Below, piece after piece: positions 20,296 to 31,579 of a DNA stretch of 64,000 nucleotides (the stretch's first letter is position 1; each line of letters opens with the position of its first letter). This DNA is from an uncultured delta proteobacterium. GTDB lineage: Bacteria; Desulfobacterota; BSN033; UBA1163. The stretch is from contig CAWHBU010000002.1 in assembly GCA_963827685.1 (NCBI GenBank), forward strand, positions 128,001 through 192,000. The letters are read 5' to 3'. Both the position numbers and the translations under genes were made by a program. Under the pieces are notes generated by a model. It did not search any database, was not told where the DNA came from, and was given only the letters and a program-made list of their open reading frames with translations.

Positions 20296-20967
20296 GTGGA
20301 GGAAGAAAAAAGCATAGTGAAAAAGGTTTTGAATGGCCAGCGTCAGCACTGGGAGAATATGTTTTCGAATAAGCCCGAAATGCTTGGCACGGAGCCCAGT
20401 GATCCCGCTCAGAAAGCTGCGGACCTTTTCAAAAAGGAAGGGAGAACCAAGATTCTTGAACTCGGAGGAGGGCAGGGGAGAGATAGTATCTTTTTCGCCC
20501 GGAATGGATTTCAAGTTCATGTGTTAGACTATTGTGAGAGCGGGGTTGAAACAATCGCTCTAAAAGCAAAGGAATTAGGCGTGTCGCAATCTGTCACCGC
20601 TATATGCCACGATATCAGAAAACCTCTGCCTTTTGACGATGAATCTTTCGATGCATGCTATTCCCATATGGTCTATTGCATGGCGCTCACAAGGGCCGAG
20701 CTCGAATTTCTTTCCGACGAAATCAGGCGAGTTCTGAAAGCGAAGGGGCTTAATATTTACACGGTTCGAAACACAAAGGATCCCCATTATGGGACAGGCA
20801 TCCACCACGGTGAGCAGATATACGAAGTCGGGGGTTTCGTGATACACTTTTTCAATAAGGAGATGGTGGAAGACCTGACAAAAGGATTTGAGATCGTGAG
20901 TGTCGATGAATTTGAAGAAAGCCGACTTCCGAGAAGACTTTTCCGAGTGACCCTGAGAAAGAAATGA
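20296..20967 (+). CDS. Class I SAM-dependent methyltransferase
   Basis: ILELGGGQGRD, LPFDDESFD, IRRVLK. Confidence 0.85.
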   Translation: MEEEKSIVKKVLNGQRQHWENMFSNKPEMLGTEPSDPAQKAADLFKKEGRTKILELGGGQGRDSIFFARNGFQVHVLDYCESGVETIALKAKELGVSQSVTAICHDIRKPLPFDDESFDACYSHMVYCMALTRAELEFLSDEIRRVLKAKGLNIYTVRNTKDPHYGTGIHHGEQIYEVGGFVIHFFNKEMVEDLTKGFEIVSVDEFEESRLPRRLFRVTLRKK

Positions 20968-20980
20968 AACACGAGAGACT

Positions 20981-21727
20981 ATGATGAAAAAGGTGAATAC
21001 ACGACCTGCTCTGCACACGGAAGTCATTGGATATAAACACGGCGACGCAGTGCTGGAAGGTCATCTGGCCTATAATGATGCTGTCAAGGGAAAACGCCCT
21101 GGCGTTATCGTTGTCCATGCGTGGACGGGGCTCGATGCTTACACCAAGAGGCGAACGGAGCAATTAGCGGAGCTTGGCTATATTGCCATTGCCATCGACA
21201 TGTATGGCAAAGGAGTCAAGGCTAAGGATGCTGAGGAGGCAGCCAGACTGGCTGGTATCTACAGGGCAGACCGAAGCCTCATGCGTAGCCGCGCGAATGC
21301 GGGATTGGAGGTTCTCAGGAAGCACGCCCTTACCGACGCTAAACGAATTGCTGCCATAGGCTACTGCTTTGGCGGCGGAGTGGCGCTGGAATTAGCCAGA
21401 AGCGGGGCCGATATAGCAGGGGTGGTGAGCTTTCACGGCAATCTCGATACCCCCAACCCTGAAGATGCCAAAAATATCAGAGGTAAGGTGTTGATTCTTC
21501 ACGGTGCTGCCGATCCGATAGTGCCAACTGACCAGGTAATTGCTTTTCAGGATGAGATGCGAAAGGCAAATGTTGACTGGCAGATGGCGATTTATGGGGG
21601 TGCGGTTCATGCCTTCACCAACCCTGAATCTGGTCATGATCCTTCCAGGGGTGCAGCTTATAATGAAAAGGCGGACCGACGTTCCTGGGAAGCAATGAAA
21701 ATGTTTTTCGCCGAGATATTTAAATAA
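20981..21727 (+). CDS. Dienelactone hydrolase family protein
   Basis: GYCFGG nucleophile motif, HGAADP, HAF. Confidence 0.9.
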   Translation: MMKKVNTRPALHTEVIGYKHGDAVLEGHLAYNDAVKGKRPGVIVVHAWTGLDAYTKRRTEQLAELGYIAIAIDMYGKGVKAKDAEEAARLAGIYRADRSLMRSRANAGLEVLRKHALTDAKRIAAIGYCFGGGVALELARSGADIAGVVSFHGNLDTPNPEDAKNIRGKVLILHGAADPIVPTDQVIAFQDEMRKANVDWQMAIYGGAVHAFTNPESGHDPSRGAAYNEKADRRSWEAMKMFFAEIFK

Positions 21728-22210
21728 AAAGAAGAACGGACTGGATTTGCCCGAGAAGAGGTCCGGAAAAAAATCACGGCTTATTGAGCCATGGGTCGCA
21801 GATTTAATCAATGGTCCGCATACCATAACAACATCAAAGACTTGTATGATTTTTTTGACTCTTAATTTTCATCGTAATAGTTATTTCCCAGCAGTATTCC
21901 CAACATAAGGCATAATTTTTCCAAGATCAACCGAATAAACCCGAGTCTTCTAAATAGATGGAATACCGCTCGCATTGAGACTGGTTTTTCCTTTCAAAAA
22001 TGGAATGAGGAAAACGACAGCCTCAACTGCTTCTCCTTCCCACTCCTCCCAGCCCTCCCACCAAAACTCATAGCATGAACGCCTCCTAACAACGCCGGTG
22101 GCTGGTGCCGAACATCAGTAAATGTCCTCAGGATGTTTTTCATTGAGTGAAGTGGGTGGGATCTCTAGGTGGGGACGCATTCCTCCACATAATTTGTATT
22201 TGAAAAGCGC

Positions 22211-22474
22211 ATGCTCAACCACGCAGTTCCAAACTACAAAAACTCCCATCCATTGGTAATTACCCTCCGACTATCCCTTTACCCTGACCGAATATTGGGA
22301 GAACAAATCAAGAAATGGCGATTGGAGCAAAGACTATTTCAAAGAGAACTGGCTAAAAAGATTGGGGTGGATGAGATGACGATAGTTAATTGGGAGAAGG
22401 GGAGGACGAAACCGACGAAGAAGAATTTAGAGAGAATAAAGGCAATTCTGGGATTTGAACCGCCAACCTGTTGA
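22211..22474 (+). CDS. XRE-family HTH protein
   Basis: GEQIKKWRLEQRLFQRELAKKIGVDEMTIVNWEKGRTKP. Start uncertain. Confidence 0.75.
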   Translation: MLNHAVPNYKNSHPLVITLRLSLYPDRILGEQIKKWRLEQRLFQRELAKKIGVDEMTIVNWEKGRTKPTKKNLERIKAILGFEPPTC

Positions 22475-22556
22475 TATATTTGGGAAAATTAAATGATTAA
22501 AAATTTTCTTGACAAAGGACTAACATTCATATATATAAACGATATTCCTAATCAAG

Positions 22557-23285
22557 GTGAGATCAATAATGTTTAGATCTGTACAAACTGACCGAATTTC
22601 AAAAATGATTTCGGATCAGATTAAGGAAGCAATCTTCCAAAAAAAAGTTGGAATAGGCGATAAGCTACCTCCGGAACGTCAATTGATGGAACAATTTGAA
22701 GCGAGCCGGGTATCCGTCCGTGAGGCTCTAAGAACCTTAGAGTACTCCGGTATTGTTGAAATCAAGAGGGGGGCTGAAGGAGGGGCTTTCATTAGAGATC
22801 CAAATACCAAGTTTATTAACAACTTCCTACAAGATATCTTTAGCATGGGTAAAGTTAAAGTTTCTGACTTAACTGAAGCCCGTTTAGCAGTGGAACCATT
22901 TTTAGCGAAAATGACAGCAGAACGCATTAATGAAAGTTCCCTTGAACAGCTCAAAGTGAATGTACAAGAGACGAAAGAGTGTTTGAATAAGGGTAACGAG
23001 AGTGATGCCAGGCTACTTAATCTTGAATTTCACCGAATAATTGCGCAGGCGTCTGAAAATCCGGTGATGTTCTTTATGATCGATTCCATCACGGATATTA
23101 TGGAGCGTAACATTTCTTCTATCCCGCTTTCAGTTGAATCCTTGAAACAAATACTTAAGGATCATGAGAAGATTTATTCTGCAACTAAAAACCGAAACCC
23201 TGGAAAAGCGCAGAGTGTAATGCTCAAGCATATCTTGGATATCCAAAGAGCTTTAGAGACATGTAGGAAAGAAACTCCTATTTGA
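22557..23285 (+). CDS. FadR/GntR-family transcriptional regulator
   Basis: GDKLPPERQL...SRVSVREAL plus FCD domain (FHRIIAQASEN). TTGACA about 50 nt upstream. Confidence 0.93.
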   Translation: MRSIMFRSVQTDRISKMISDQIKEAIFQKKVGIGDKLPPERQLMEQFEASRVSVREALRTLEYSGIVEIKRGAEGGAFIRDPNTKFINNFLQDIFSMGKVKVSDLTEARLAVEPFLAKMTAERINESSLEQLKVNVQETKECLNKGNESDARLLNLEFHRIIAQASENPVMFFMIDSITDIMERNISSIPLSVESLKQILKDHEKIYSATKNRNPGKAQSVMLKHILDIQRALETCRKETPI

Positions 23286-23386
23286 GGAAAGAAATGGATC
23301 ACTTATAACATTTATATTTGTTGCCCTTTGGCTGATTCAAACAATAACTCTTGATTTCACAATCTCCATGAAACAAGGATATAACT

Positions 23387-24931
23387 GTGATAATTAAAAT
23401 TCAAGTTCGAAAAAATAATTATTATGATTCAATGATTCTTTTAAGAATCAATACGGAAATTGCAAAGATGCCAGGTGTGCTTAAAGCAGGAATCATGATG
23501 GGAACTGATAGAAACAAAATTATTCTCCGAGATTATGGCTTCTGGAATCGAGCAATGAATGAATCTTGTGCTAGTGATTTGATCATTTGTTTGATGACAG
23601 AAAAGAGAAGAATGCTGGAAATGGCACTTGGAAAAATTGAGACAATGATTCATGAAAGGGTTATTTCACGTAAGAGCAGTTTTCGTTTCTCAAGTTTTGA
23701 TGCTGCTTTTAATGCATTACCAAGTGCCAATTTTTCAATTATATCTATCCCAGGAGATTTTGCAGCCAATGAAGTTCGTAAATCTTTGCGTAAAGGGATT
23801 AATGTCTTTCTCTTTAGCGACAATGTTTCAATTGAAGAAGAAATTGAAGTCAAAAATTTAGCCGTTCAGAAAGGGTTATTGGTGATGGGACCAGATTGTG
23901 GGACGGCCATTATTAATGGGATTAGGTTCGGATTTGCCAATGTAACTCAAAAAGGGCCAGTTGGCATTATAGGTGCTTCCGGGACAGGTATACAAGAGGT
24001 ATGTTGTCTGCTTGAGCAGTTTGGAAATGTGGGGATTTCGCATGCTCTGGGTATAGGGGGGAGGGACTTATCAGATCGAGTAGGAGGACTAATGTGTTTG
24101 ACAGCTATTGATCTGCTGGAAAATGATCGGGATACGCAGATTATTATTATTATTTCCAAACCCCCCGGTGAAAAAACAGGATACAAAATACTTGAAAGGG
24201 TATCAAAATGTAAAAAGCCAGTTATATTAAATTATATTGCTTCCTCTATTGAGAACTCTCTTGACAATAATACAATTTTTGCTTCCACATTCGAGGAGAG
24301 CGCTCAAAAAGCAATAGATAAATTGGGAGGAGCTATAAAAAGGAGGGACGGTTCAGCAAATTCTGATGTATTGAAAGATTGGATTAATGATCAAAGAACG
24401 AGTTTGAGTAAAGGGCAAAAGTATCTTAGGGGAATTTTTTCAGGGGGCTCATTATGTTTAGAAGCATTGGGATTGTTACGGAAGTCTTTGAAAGGAATTT
24501 ATTCAAATGTCCCTTTAGAGGAGAAATACAAACTGAAAGATGCAAAAGTTTCTTTTAAACATTCAATAGTTGATTTGGGGGATGATGAATTTACCTATGG
24601 AAGAGTTCACCCAATGATCGATCCTACCTTAGTTGCAGAAAGGATTCTCCAAGAAGGCAGAGATCCTGAGGTAGCAGTCATAATATTCGATGTAATCTTA
24701 GGTTCCGGGGCGCACCCTAACCCTGCAGCCATATTAGCCGAGGCGGTAAAAGCATTGAGGATGGAGAATGAGAAGAATAAAAGAAATATCATTATGGTTT
24801 CACATGTTTGTGGAACAGTTGGTGATCCGCAAAGGATTTCAATTCAAGAAAAAATGTTAAGAGATGCGAGGGTTTGTCTAGCGACCAGTAATCAGGAAGC
24901 AGTAGAAGCTGTTAAAAGAATTTTTTGTTGA
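23387..24931 (+). CDS. fdrA: FdrA-family protein (succinyl-CoA-synthetase-like; AllF/YahF homologue)
   Basis: NNYYDS, FLFSDNV, MGPDCGT, GASGTGIQE, GGRDLS, DLGDDEFTYGRVHPMIDP. Confidence 0.9.
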   Translation: MIIKIQVRKNNYYDSMILLRINTEIAKMPGVLKAGIMMGTDRNKIILRDYGFWNRAMNESCASDLIICLMTEKRRMLEMALGKIETMIHERVISRKSSFRFSSFDAAFNALPSANFSIISIPGDFAANEVRKSLRKGINVFLFSDNVSIEEEIEVKNLAVQKGLLVMGPDCGTAIINGIRFGFANVTQKGPVGIIGASGTGIQEVCCLLEQFGNVGISHALGIGGRDLSDRVGGLMCLTAIDLLENDRDTQIIIIISKPPGEKTGYKILERVSKCKKPVILNYIASSIENSLDNNTIFASTFEESAQKAIDKLGGAIKRRDGSANSDVLKDWINDQRTSLSKGQKYLRGIFSGGSLCLEALGLLRKSLKGIYSNVPLEEKYKLKDAKVSFKHSIVDLGDDEFTYGRVHPMIDPTLVAERILQEGRDPEVAVIIFDVILGSGAHPNPAAILAEAVKALRMENEKNKRNIIMVSHVCGTVGDPQRISIQEKMLRDARVCLATSNQEAVEAVKRIFC

Positions 24932-25023
24932 TCCTCGTTACGGATATTATGGAGCCAAAATCAGGATAGTAAGATAGTTTATTATTTTTCATTAAAATAC
25001 TTAATATTTGGTAGAGAATCACC

Positions 25024-25911
25024 ATGTTATTACAATTAATAATTAATGGCTTTTTAATTGGATGTGTATACGCATTGGCAGCCGTAGGACTCACCATCGT
25101 ATTTGGGGTTATGAAAATCATCAATTTTGCACATGGTTCTCTACTGATGATAGGCTTATATTTGAGCTATTGGGCGTGGAAGCTACTTGGTATTAATACT
25201 TATTTAACTGCCCTTCTTGTGATTCCAGTTAGTTTTGCTATTGGGTATTACCTGCAAAAATTTGTGATGGAGCCGCTTTTCTCACGTGAGCGTGCGGAAG
25301 TGGTTGAGCCTATTAGTCTTATATTGCTCACTATCGGCCTCTGGATCATGGCAGACAATTTGGCCTTGCTTTTCTTCCGCGCTGATGTACGGAATGTTAG
25401 CACTAGTTTTTCATATTCGTCGTTTATGATCGGAGATTTAATCATCAGCACACCAAAACTTATCGCTTGTTTAACTTCTCTTGTTTCGATAGGAGCATTG
25501 GATCTATTTTTCAAGAAGACCTACATGGGGAGGGCAATTTTAGCAATTTCTCAGGATCGGGAGGCAGCGATCTTACAGGGCATTAACTCATATTATGTTT
25601 TTCGCATTTCTTTCGGAATCGCTACCGCGGTAACCAGTCTATGCGCTGTCCTCATCATCCCATTTTATTATCTGTATCCCACTGTTGGCCTATTTTTTGG
25701 TATCAGAGCATTTGTGATAGTTGTATTGGGAGGAATGGGGAGCTTCACCGGGGCTTTACTTGGGGGAATTATGATAGGACTTATTGAAGGGATAGGCTGC
25801 AATTTTAGTACTTCAAGCGCAGTTGAAGGTTACGTCTTTTTGGGTTTCATTATGATGTTGCTATTCAGACCCTCTGGATTTTTTGGTAAAAAGTGGAGAG
25901 TCGGAGATTAG
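25024..25911 (+). CDS. LIV-type ABC transporter permease (LivH-like)
   Basis: GLTIVFGVMKIINFAHG, VVLGGMGS; hydrophobic. Confidence 0.92.
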   Translation: MLLQLIINGFLIGCVYALAAVGLTIVFGVMKIINFAHGSLLMIGLYLSYWAWKLLGINTYLTALLVIPVSFAIGYYLQKFVMEPLFSRERAEVVEPISLILLTIGLWIMADNLALLFFRADVRNVSTSFSYSSFMIGDLIISTPKLIACLTSLVSIGALDLFFKKTYMGRAILAISQDREAAILQGINSYYVFRISFGIATAVTSLCAVLIIPFYYLYPTVGLFFGIRAFVIVVLGGMGSFTGALLGGIMIGLIEGIGCNFSTSSAVEGYVFLGFIMMLLFRPSGFFGKKWRVGD

Positions 25912-26069
25912 GTTTTTGCATTAAAATTGTTTTTCCTTTCCGAAATTAAAGATTTACAGTGAAGTTTGAACCACTTGTAAAGAAGCTATAGATCCTTCGT
26001 GTAGAATTTTGAAAAATTTTCAACAATGCGAATTTCGTGATGGTGCAAGTGAATTAGGGAGGTGTATCA

Positions 26070-27347
26070 ATGGAGAACATTAAACAAAAGATTAAGGAGG
26101 CAAATGAGAGAGCGATCCGGAAAGTATTAGAAGCAGACCCTTACCTCGTCGATACCAAACCAGCCTCCGAAGTCATCCCAGGAATTAAGGACTATTTGCT
26201 TCTTCACGCAGCTCCTAATATCGAATGGGACCGTATGTGTAATCCTCAAAAGGGGGCAGCCATAGGTGCATGTCTTTTTGAAGGATGGGCCAAAACCCCT
26301 GAAGAGGCTATGAAACTCTGCGAGGATGGAAAGGTTACGTTTGATTCAGCCCACAATCACCAGTCTTTGTGTGCTGCGGGTCATATGCTTTCTCCCTCCC
26401 AGATGGTTTTTGTTATTGAAAATCGTAAACACGGGAATAAAGTTTATATTCATATTCAAGAATCCAGATACGTGGCGCTTCGTTACGGTGTATATACACA
26501 AGAGGTTATAGATAACCTCAAGAGAGCGCGTGACATTCTAATGCCAGCATTTGGAGTCGCTTTGAGAAAGGCCGATGGTATAGATCTAATAAAATTTATT
26601 GCCGAATCTCTTCATATGGGGGATGAGGGACACAATAGAAATGTAGCCTCGACTGGTTTGCTTCAGAGACAGTTGATGCCACATATGTTTAAGGGGCGTC
26701 TTGACTATAAATTAATTGAACTTATGGCAAATTTTTTTGAGCAAGAGGCTCAGTTTACAGTTACCATAAAAATGGCAGCGATGAAATGTCGAGTTGATGT
26801 CGCTCATAACATTAAATATAGCACGCTTGTCACAACAATGGGAAGAAATGGCACAACTTTTGGTATTCGAGTGAGCGGACTAGGAGACGAGTGGTTTGTT
26901 TCTCCGGCTCCTGAAGTTAAGGGTTTTTTCTTTCCGGGGTATACAAGAGAAGATGCTGCCTTAGATATGGGTGACAGTGTCGCAACTGAGGTTGGAGGGA
27001 TCGGCGCTTTTTCTTTGGCTGCCGCACCAGCATTGGCGAAGTATGGAGCTACGGTGGGCCTCGGCGGAACATTTGAAGACGCGATGAATACAACACTTAG
27101 GGCCTATGAAATAACTATGGCAGAAGATCCTCGTTTACAAATTCCAACACTAAATTTTCGGGGAGTTCCTGTGGGGATTGATGTGCTGAAGGTTTTAGAA
27201 AAAGGATTCTGTCCTGAAATAACCACGAGTATCGCTCACAATAAGATGAACGGTGCTGGGAAAATTGGTGCTGGGATTGCTATAGCTCCTATGGAATGCT
27301 TCAAGAAAGCGTTCTTGCGGATGGTTGAAAAGTGGGGACTTAAGTGA
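26070..27347 (+). CDS. DUF1116 protein (YlbE/AllG/YahG homologue)
   Basis: LLHAAP, FEGWA, LHMGDEGHNRN, RNGTTFGIRVSG, DMGDS. Confidence 0.88.
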   Translation: MENIKQKIKEANERAIRKVLEADPYLVDTKPASEVIPGIKDYLLLHAAPNIEWDRMCNPQKGAAIGACLFEGWAKTPEEAMKLCEDGKVTFDSAHNHQSLCAAGHMLSPSQMVFVIENRKHGNKVYIHIQESRYVALRYGVYTQEVIDNLKRARDILMPAFGVALRKADGIDLIKFIAESLHMGDEGHNRNVASTGLLQRQLMPHMFKGRLDYKLIELMANFFEQEAQFTVTIKMAAMKCRVDVAHNIKYSTLVTTMGRNGTTFGIRVSGLGDEWFVSPAPEVKGFFFPGYTREDAALDMGDSVATEVGGIGAFSLAAAPALAKYGATVGLGGTFEDAMNTTLRAYEITMAEDPRLQIPTLNFRGVPVGIDVLKVLEKGFCPEITTSIAHNKMNGAGKIGAGIAIAPMECFKKAFLRMVEKWGLK

Positions 27348-27413
27348 GAGGCTGTTCTTATGCTTTCTTAAGATTCTATCGGGCAATTACAGGCTCCTAA
27401 ACTTCGTTGGGAA

Positions 27414-28499
27414 TTGTGGAAAATGAGTTGTAACAATAAGCGAGGTTTAAAAATTCTTGCTAACGTCAAAATCGAGAAAGTTTTGAGAGGAAAGATAGCT
27501 AAGAAGCACTTTCTATCAGTTTTTTGGGCTCTCGTATTTATTTTGTTTTTCATATTCGTTATTCCGGTGATCGTAGCCGACAAGTATTACCGGCATATGA
27601 TAATAACAATGTTATTTTTCGGCTATATGGCTATGGCCTATAATATTATAAGTGGCTACGGTGGACAATTATCTCTCGGGCATTCGGTTTATGTCGGTAT
27701 AGGTGCTTACACCGCAGCGATTATGTATACTCAATTCGGTATAACCCCTTGGATTGGGATTCTCGCTGGTGGGATAACAGCTGTCCTTAGTAGCTTCGTA
27801 ATAGGCTATCCTTGTTTCCGCTTAGGTGTTCGCGGACCGTATTTTGCTCTTGCAACGCTTGGCTTTTCAGAATTAGTGAGAATTGTTTTCTCAAATACCC
27901 ATAGTTTACTAGGTCTCAAAATTCAAGGAAGTATGGGTATACTGATCCAATCAAAGGGTCAATCGATATTAAGCTTTCAATTTATGAATAAGCTTTATTA
28001 CTATTATATAATACTTGGCCTACTATTAATTGTGATATATGTCACATACGCGCTTGATAAATCGAAGCTGGGCTATTACCTTAAGGCAATTAAAGGTAGC
28101 CAAAGCGCAGCGGAATCATTAGGGGTTCCTCTTACTAAAGTAAAGATGGTGACTAATTGTATTAGCGCATTTTTTACTGGGGTGGGAGGTGTATTCTATG
28201 TCCAATGGATTTTATTTATCAATCCTGAAAGGGTAATGGGTCTTGAATTCAATATCGATTTTTTGGTTTTTTGCTTAGTTGGGGGATTTAGTACATTTTT
28301 AGGGCCTGTCTTAGGAGCTTTTTTATTAGTACCAATTGCAGAAATCACAAGAATCTATTTTGGAACCACTTATTTGGGAAGTCATTTGATAATTTATGGA
28401 GCTGTATTGATATTTAGTGTCTATTTTTTACCTAACGGTATTATAAAACCACTTAGCGATGGATATGATTGGATTTTGGCCAAAGTGCAAAAATGGTAA
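27414..28499 (+). CDS. LIV-type ABC transporter permease (LivM-like)
   Basis: GYGGQLSLGH, GPYFALATL, AAESLGV. Start uncertain. Confidence 0.9.
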   Translation: MWKMSCNNKRGLKILANVKIEKVLRGKIAKKHFLSVFWALVFILFFIFVIPVIVADKYYRHMIITMLFFGYMAMAYNIISGYGGQLSLGHSVYVGIGAYTAAIMYTQFGITPWIGILAGGITAVLSSFVIGYPCFRLGVRGPYFALATLGFSELVRIVFSNTHSLLGLKIQGSMGILIQSKGQSILSFQFMNKLYYYYIILGLLLIVIYVTYALDKSKLGYYLKAIKGSQSAAESLGVPLTKVKMVTNCISAFFTGVGGVFYVQWILFINPERVMGLEFNIDFLVFCLVGGFSTFLGPVLGAFLLVPIAEITRIYFGTTYLGSHLIIYGAVLIFSVYFLPNGIIKPLSDGYDWILAKVQKW

Positions 28500-28518
28500 A
28501 AATTCCTGGAAACGAACC

Positions 28519-29247
28519 ATGAATACAGTTATTGAACTTTGTGATGTAACAAAGAAATTTGGCGGATTGATAGCTCTCAATAAAATAAACATTTTACTGG
28601 AAAAGGGCGAAATATTGGGACTGATTGGCCCAAATGGTGCGGGTAAGTCAACTATATTCAACATGATTTGCAATGTTTATAAGCCTGATGAAGGAAAAAT
28701 TATGATTAGTGGGAAAAATTATCAAAATTATACTCCCGATAGGATCTGTCGCCTAGGTATCGGTAGAACGTTTCAAATAGTTAAACCTTTTGGTAACCTT
28801 ACCGTTCTAAAAAATGTTATGGTGGGAGGATTCTGTAACCTCAGTTCTGAAACAGAAGCAAAGGAACATGCCCTTGAGATACTAGAATTTGTTGGACTTT
28901 ATACAAAAAAAGACAATTTGGCTTATGAGTTACCTGTGGCTAGTCTTAAGAGATTAGAATTGGCGCGAACGCTCGCGACGAATCCTAACATCATCTTACT
29001 TGATGAAGTGATGGCAGGTTTAAATCCCGCGGAGATTGAGCAAATAATTATGCTGATTAAGAAGATGAACGATTCCGGTTGTACACTCTTGGTTATTGAA
29101 CACGTAATGAAGGCCATCATGTCGATATCAGACCGCATAATAGCTCTAAATTTTGGCACAAAAATATTCGAGGGTACCCCAAGGGAGGCTGCTTCGGACG
29201 AAAATGTTGTTAGAGCCTATTTGGGTGGGGAATATGCAATTAATTGA
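28519..29247 (+). CDS. ABC transporter ATP-binding protein (LivG-like)
   Basis: GPNGAGKST, GIGRTFQ, LLDEVMAGL, IEH. Confidence 0.93.
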   Translation: MNTVIELCDVTKKFGGLIALNKINILLEKGEILGLIGPNGAGKSTIFNMICNVYKPDEGKIMISGKNYQNYTPDRICRLGIGRTFQIVKPFGNLTVLKNVMVGGFCNLSSETEAKEHALEILEFVGLYTKKDNLAYELPVASLKRLELARTLATNPNIILLDEVMAGLNPAEIEQIIMLIKKMNDSGCTLLVIEHVMKAIMSISDRIIALNFGTKIFEGTPREAASDENVVRAYLGGEYAIN

Positions 29248-29947
29248 AATTGTAGAGATCAATGTTTTTTATGGCGATGTTCAAGTGATTTGGGACCTCT
29301 CCATGGCTATTTCTAAAGGCGAAATTATAAGTATCGTTGGCTCAAATGGTGCTGGGAAAACCACTATATTAAAAACCATATCGGGTCTGTTGCGTCCAAG
29401 ATCTGGTGAGATCAAATATAAAGGGCAAAACGTATTAAGCATTTTGCCCTCTGATCTAGTTGCGATAGGAGTTGCGCATATTCCGGAGAGACGGAGGCTT
29501 TTTCCAGACCTTACAACCCTTGACAATCTGGAACTCGGAGCTTACACGAGAAAGGCAAGAGTGAAGAAAAATAAAAATTTGGGAAAAGTACTCGATCTCT
29601 TTCCTATCTTAGAAAAGAGGAAAAAACAAGATGCTGGAACCTTGAGTGGCGGTGAACAACAAATGTTGGCTATCGCTCGAGGATTGATGGCCGAACCAGA
29701 GGTTCTCATGTTAGATGAACCTTCACTTGGACTGGCACCCTTGATTACAAAGGAAATTTTCGGAATCATTGAGCAGATAAACAAGAACGAGGGCGTGACA
29801 ATCATGGTAGTTGATCAGAATGTCACAAATGCTCTCCGTATTGCAGACCGAGGATATATCCTGGAGAACGGAAGAATTGCTAATGAGGGAGAATGTTCAG
29901 TTCTTTTGAAAAACGAACAGTTGAAAAAGGCTTATCTTGGCACTTGA
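29234..29947 (+). CDS. ABC transporter ATP-binding protein (LivF-like)
   Basis: GSNGAGKTT, LSGGEQQM, LDEPSLGLAP. Confidence 0.93.
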   Translation: MQLIEIVEINVFYGDVQVIWDLSMAISKGEIISIVGSNGAGKTTILKTISGLLRPRSGEIKYKGQNVLSILPSDLVAIGVAHIPERRRLFPDLTTLDNLELGAYTRKARVKKNKNLGKVLDLFPILEKRKKQDAGTLSGGEQQMLAIARGLMAEPEVLMLDEPSLGLAPLITKEIFGIIEQINKNEGVTIMVVDQNVTNALRIADRGYILENGRIANEGECSVLLKNEQLKKAYLGT

Positions 29948-30102
29948 TAGCTTTTCCTGTAAATGGTTCGATTATGGTTATCGGTAGATTGGGTTAATGG
30001 TGGAATTAAAGGTTTATGAGAAAATATTTTATAGAATGGGGGAGGAGGTGAGAAATAGGTGCAGTAGTAGGTGTACAAAGAAAAAGAGGATTTAAATTAT
30101 AC

Positions 30103-31371
30103 GTGGAGGCAAAACATATGAAAACAAGGCGATACACAAAACAGATTCGTTATGGCATTGCGTTCTTTGCACTCACATTTTTCCTGACTATGGGTATTCG
30201 TACAACGCCACCGAGTATTTGTGCCGAAGAAAAAGTCGTAAAAATTGGTGTCTTACTTCCTATGAGCGGGTTTCTTGCCACCACTGGGGAATGGACCCAT
30301 AATGGAATTAGTTTGGCAGTGGACGACATAAATGATGCGGGCGGTATCAAGTCAATGGGTGGGGCGAGGATAAAGATTATCGTCACAGATAGTAAAGGGA
30401 ATCCCGATGTTGCCATGGCTGAAGCAGAAAGGCTGATTTTGAGAGAAAAAGTTTGTACCATTATAGGAGCTTACCAGAGTTCAACTACTTTTACCTCCTC
30501 TAACATTTCAGAAAAGTACAAGGTACCTTATATGGTGGCCACTGCTGTGAAGAACGAGATCACCGGAAGGGAGGGATTTAAGTACGTTTTTCGTCACACT
30601 GGTAATATTACCTTTAATGCGGCGACTATGGCGAAGTCGTTTTATGAAGTTGCCACAGAGATAGGGTATAAGCTTCAGACTGCTGCAGTCATAGGAGAAA
30701 ACACTGACTTCGGGCAAGGGGCGGAACAAGTTCTGAAGAGGGTATTACCGGAGCTAGGTATAAGAATTGTAATGGTAGAAAGCTACCCATTGACTATCTC
30801 GGATGTTTCCCCAATCATAACTAAGCTGAAGAATGCAAACCCTGATGTTGTTTTCATAACTGGGTATGTGGCCGATACAATTCTTATAGTGAAAACAGCG
30901 GCTGCCTTGAAATTTAAGGTTCCATTTGTTTCATCAGGAGGTGAGAACAACCCAACTTTTCTCAAATCAGTTGGGAACTCAGCTGACTACAATTTTGTGC
31001 GAGGGACTTTTAATAGGGAATTGGCAAGAACAAGGCCTGAACTGAGGGCCATTGTGGATCGATATGAAAAAAAGTTTGGGCTGAAATTGACCACGGAAAC
31101 TGCAGACAACTATGTAACCACCTGGATATTGAAGGATGCTTTAGAAAGAGCCAAGAGCACTGATCCAGAAAAGTTGCGGGAGGCTTTAGCGAAAACAGAT
31201 ATTCCAGCTGGCCAACCGTGGATGATTCAGATGAACGATCGTATTACATTTGATGCTAATGGCCAAAATCCAAGGCCCCCATATATTTTAGTGCAATATC
31301 GAAATGCTGGAGAAAGTGTGGTTTGGCCAAAAAAATATAGACAACTTAAGCCTGTGTTGCCAAAACCGTAA
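30103..31371 (+). CDS. LIV-family substrate-binding protein
   Basis: Signal peptide, KIGVLLPMSG, INDAGGI, GAYQSS. Confidence 0.9.
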   Translation: MEAKHMKTRRYTKQIRYGIAFFALTFFLTMGIRTTPPSICAEEKVVKIGVLLPMSGFLATTGEWTHNGISLAVDDINDAGGIKSMGGARIKIIVTDSKGNPDVAMAEAERLILREKVCTIIGAYQSSTTFTSSNISEKYKVPYMVATAVKNEITGREGFKYVFRHTGNITFNAATMAKSFYEVATEIGYKLQTAAVIGENTDFGQGAEQVLKRVLPELGIRIVMVESYPLTISDVSPIITKLKNANPDVVFITGYVADTILIVKTAAALKFKVPFVSSGGENNPTFLKSVGNSADYNFVRGTFNRELARTRPELRAIVDRYEKKFGLKLTTETADNYVTTWILKDALERAKSTDPEKLREALAKTDIPAGQPWMIQMNDRITFDANGQNPRPPYILVQYRNAGESVVWPKKYRQLKPVLPKP

Positions 31372-31579
31372 CATTCTCAAAGTGAAAGGTACTTTCTTAT
31401 GAAGGTTAATCTTCTGCAGTATCGCTTAAGGAGAGCGAAGATCAGCGATATGTTATGTCGGACTTAAGGTTTACCAATTGTATAATTTCCGGCGAAGTCG
31501 GAATCTGCAGAAATAGGCAAGAGTGAGCTTAGGGATGACCGATTTCCCCCTTGCATAGAGAAGCACATAGGAGGAAAAG

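Noticed and set aside
22080-22115. attC-like cores (CCTAAC, CCGAAC) at the left edge of the island
   Set aside because: No complementary partner arm at a proper distance.
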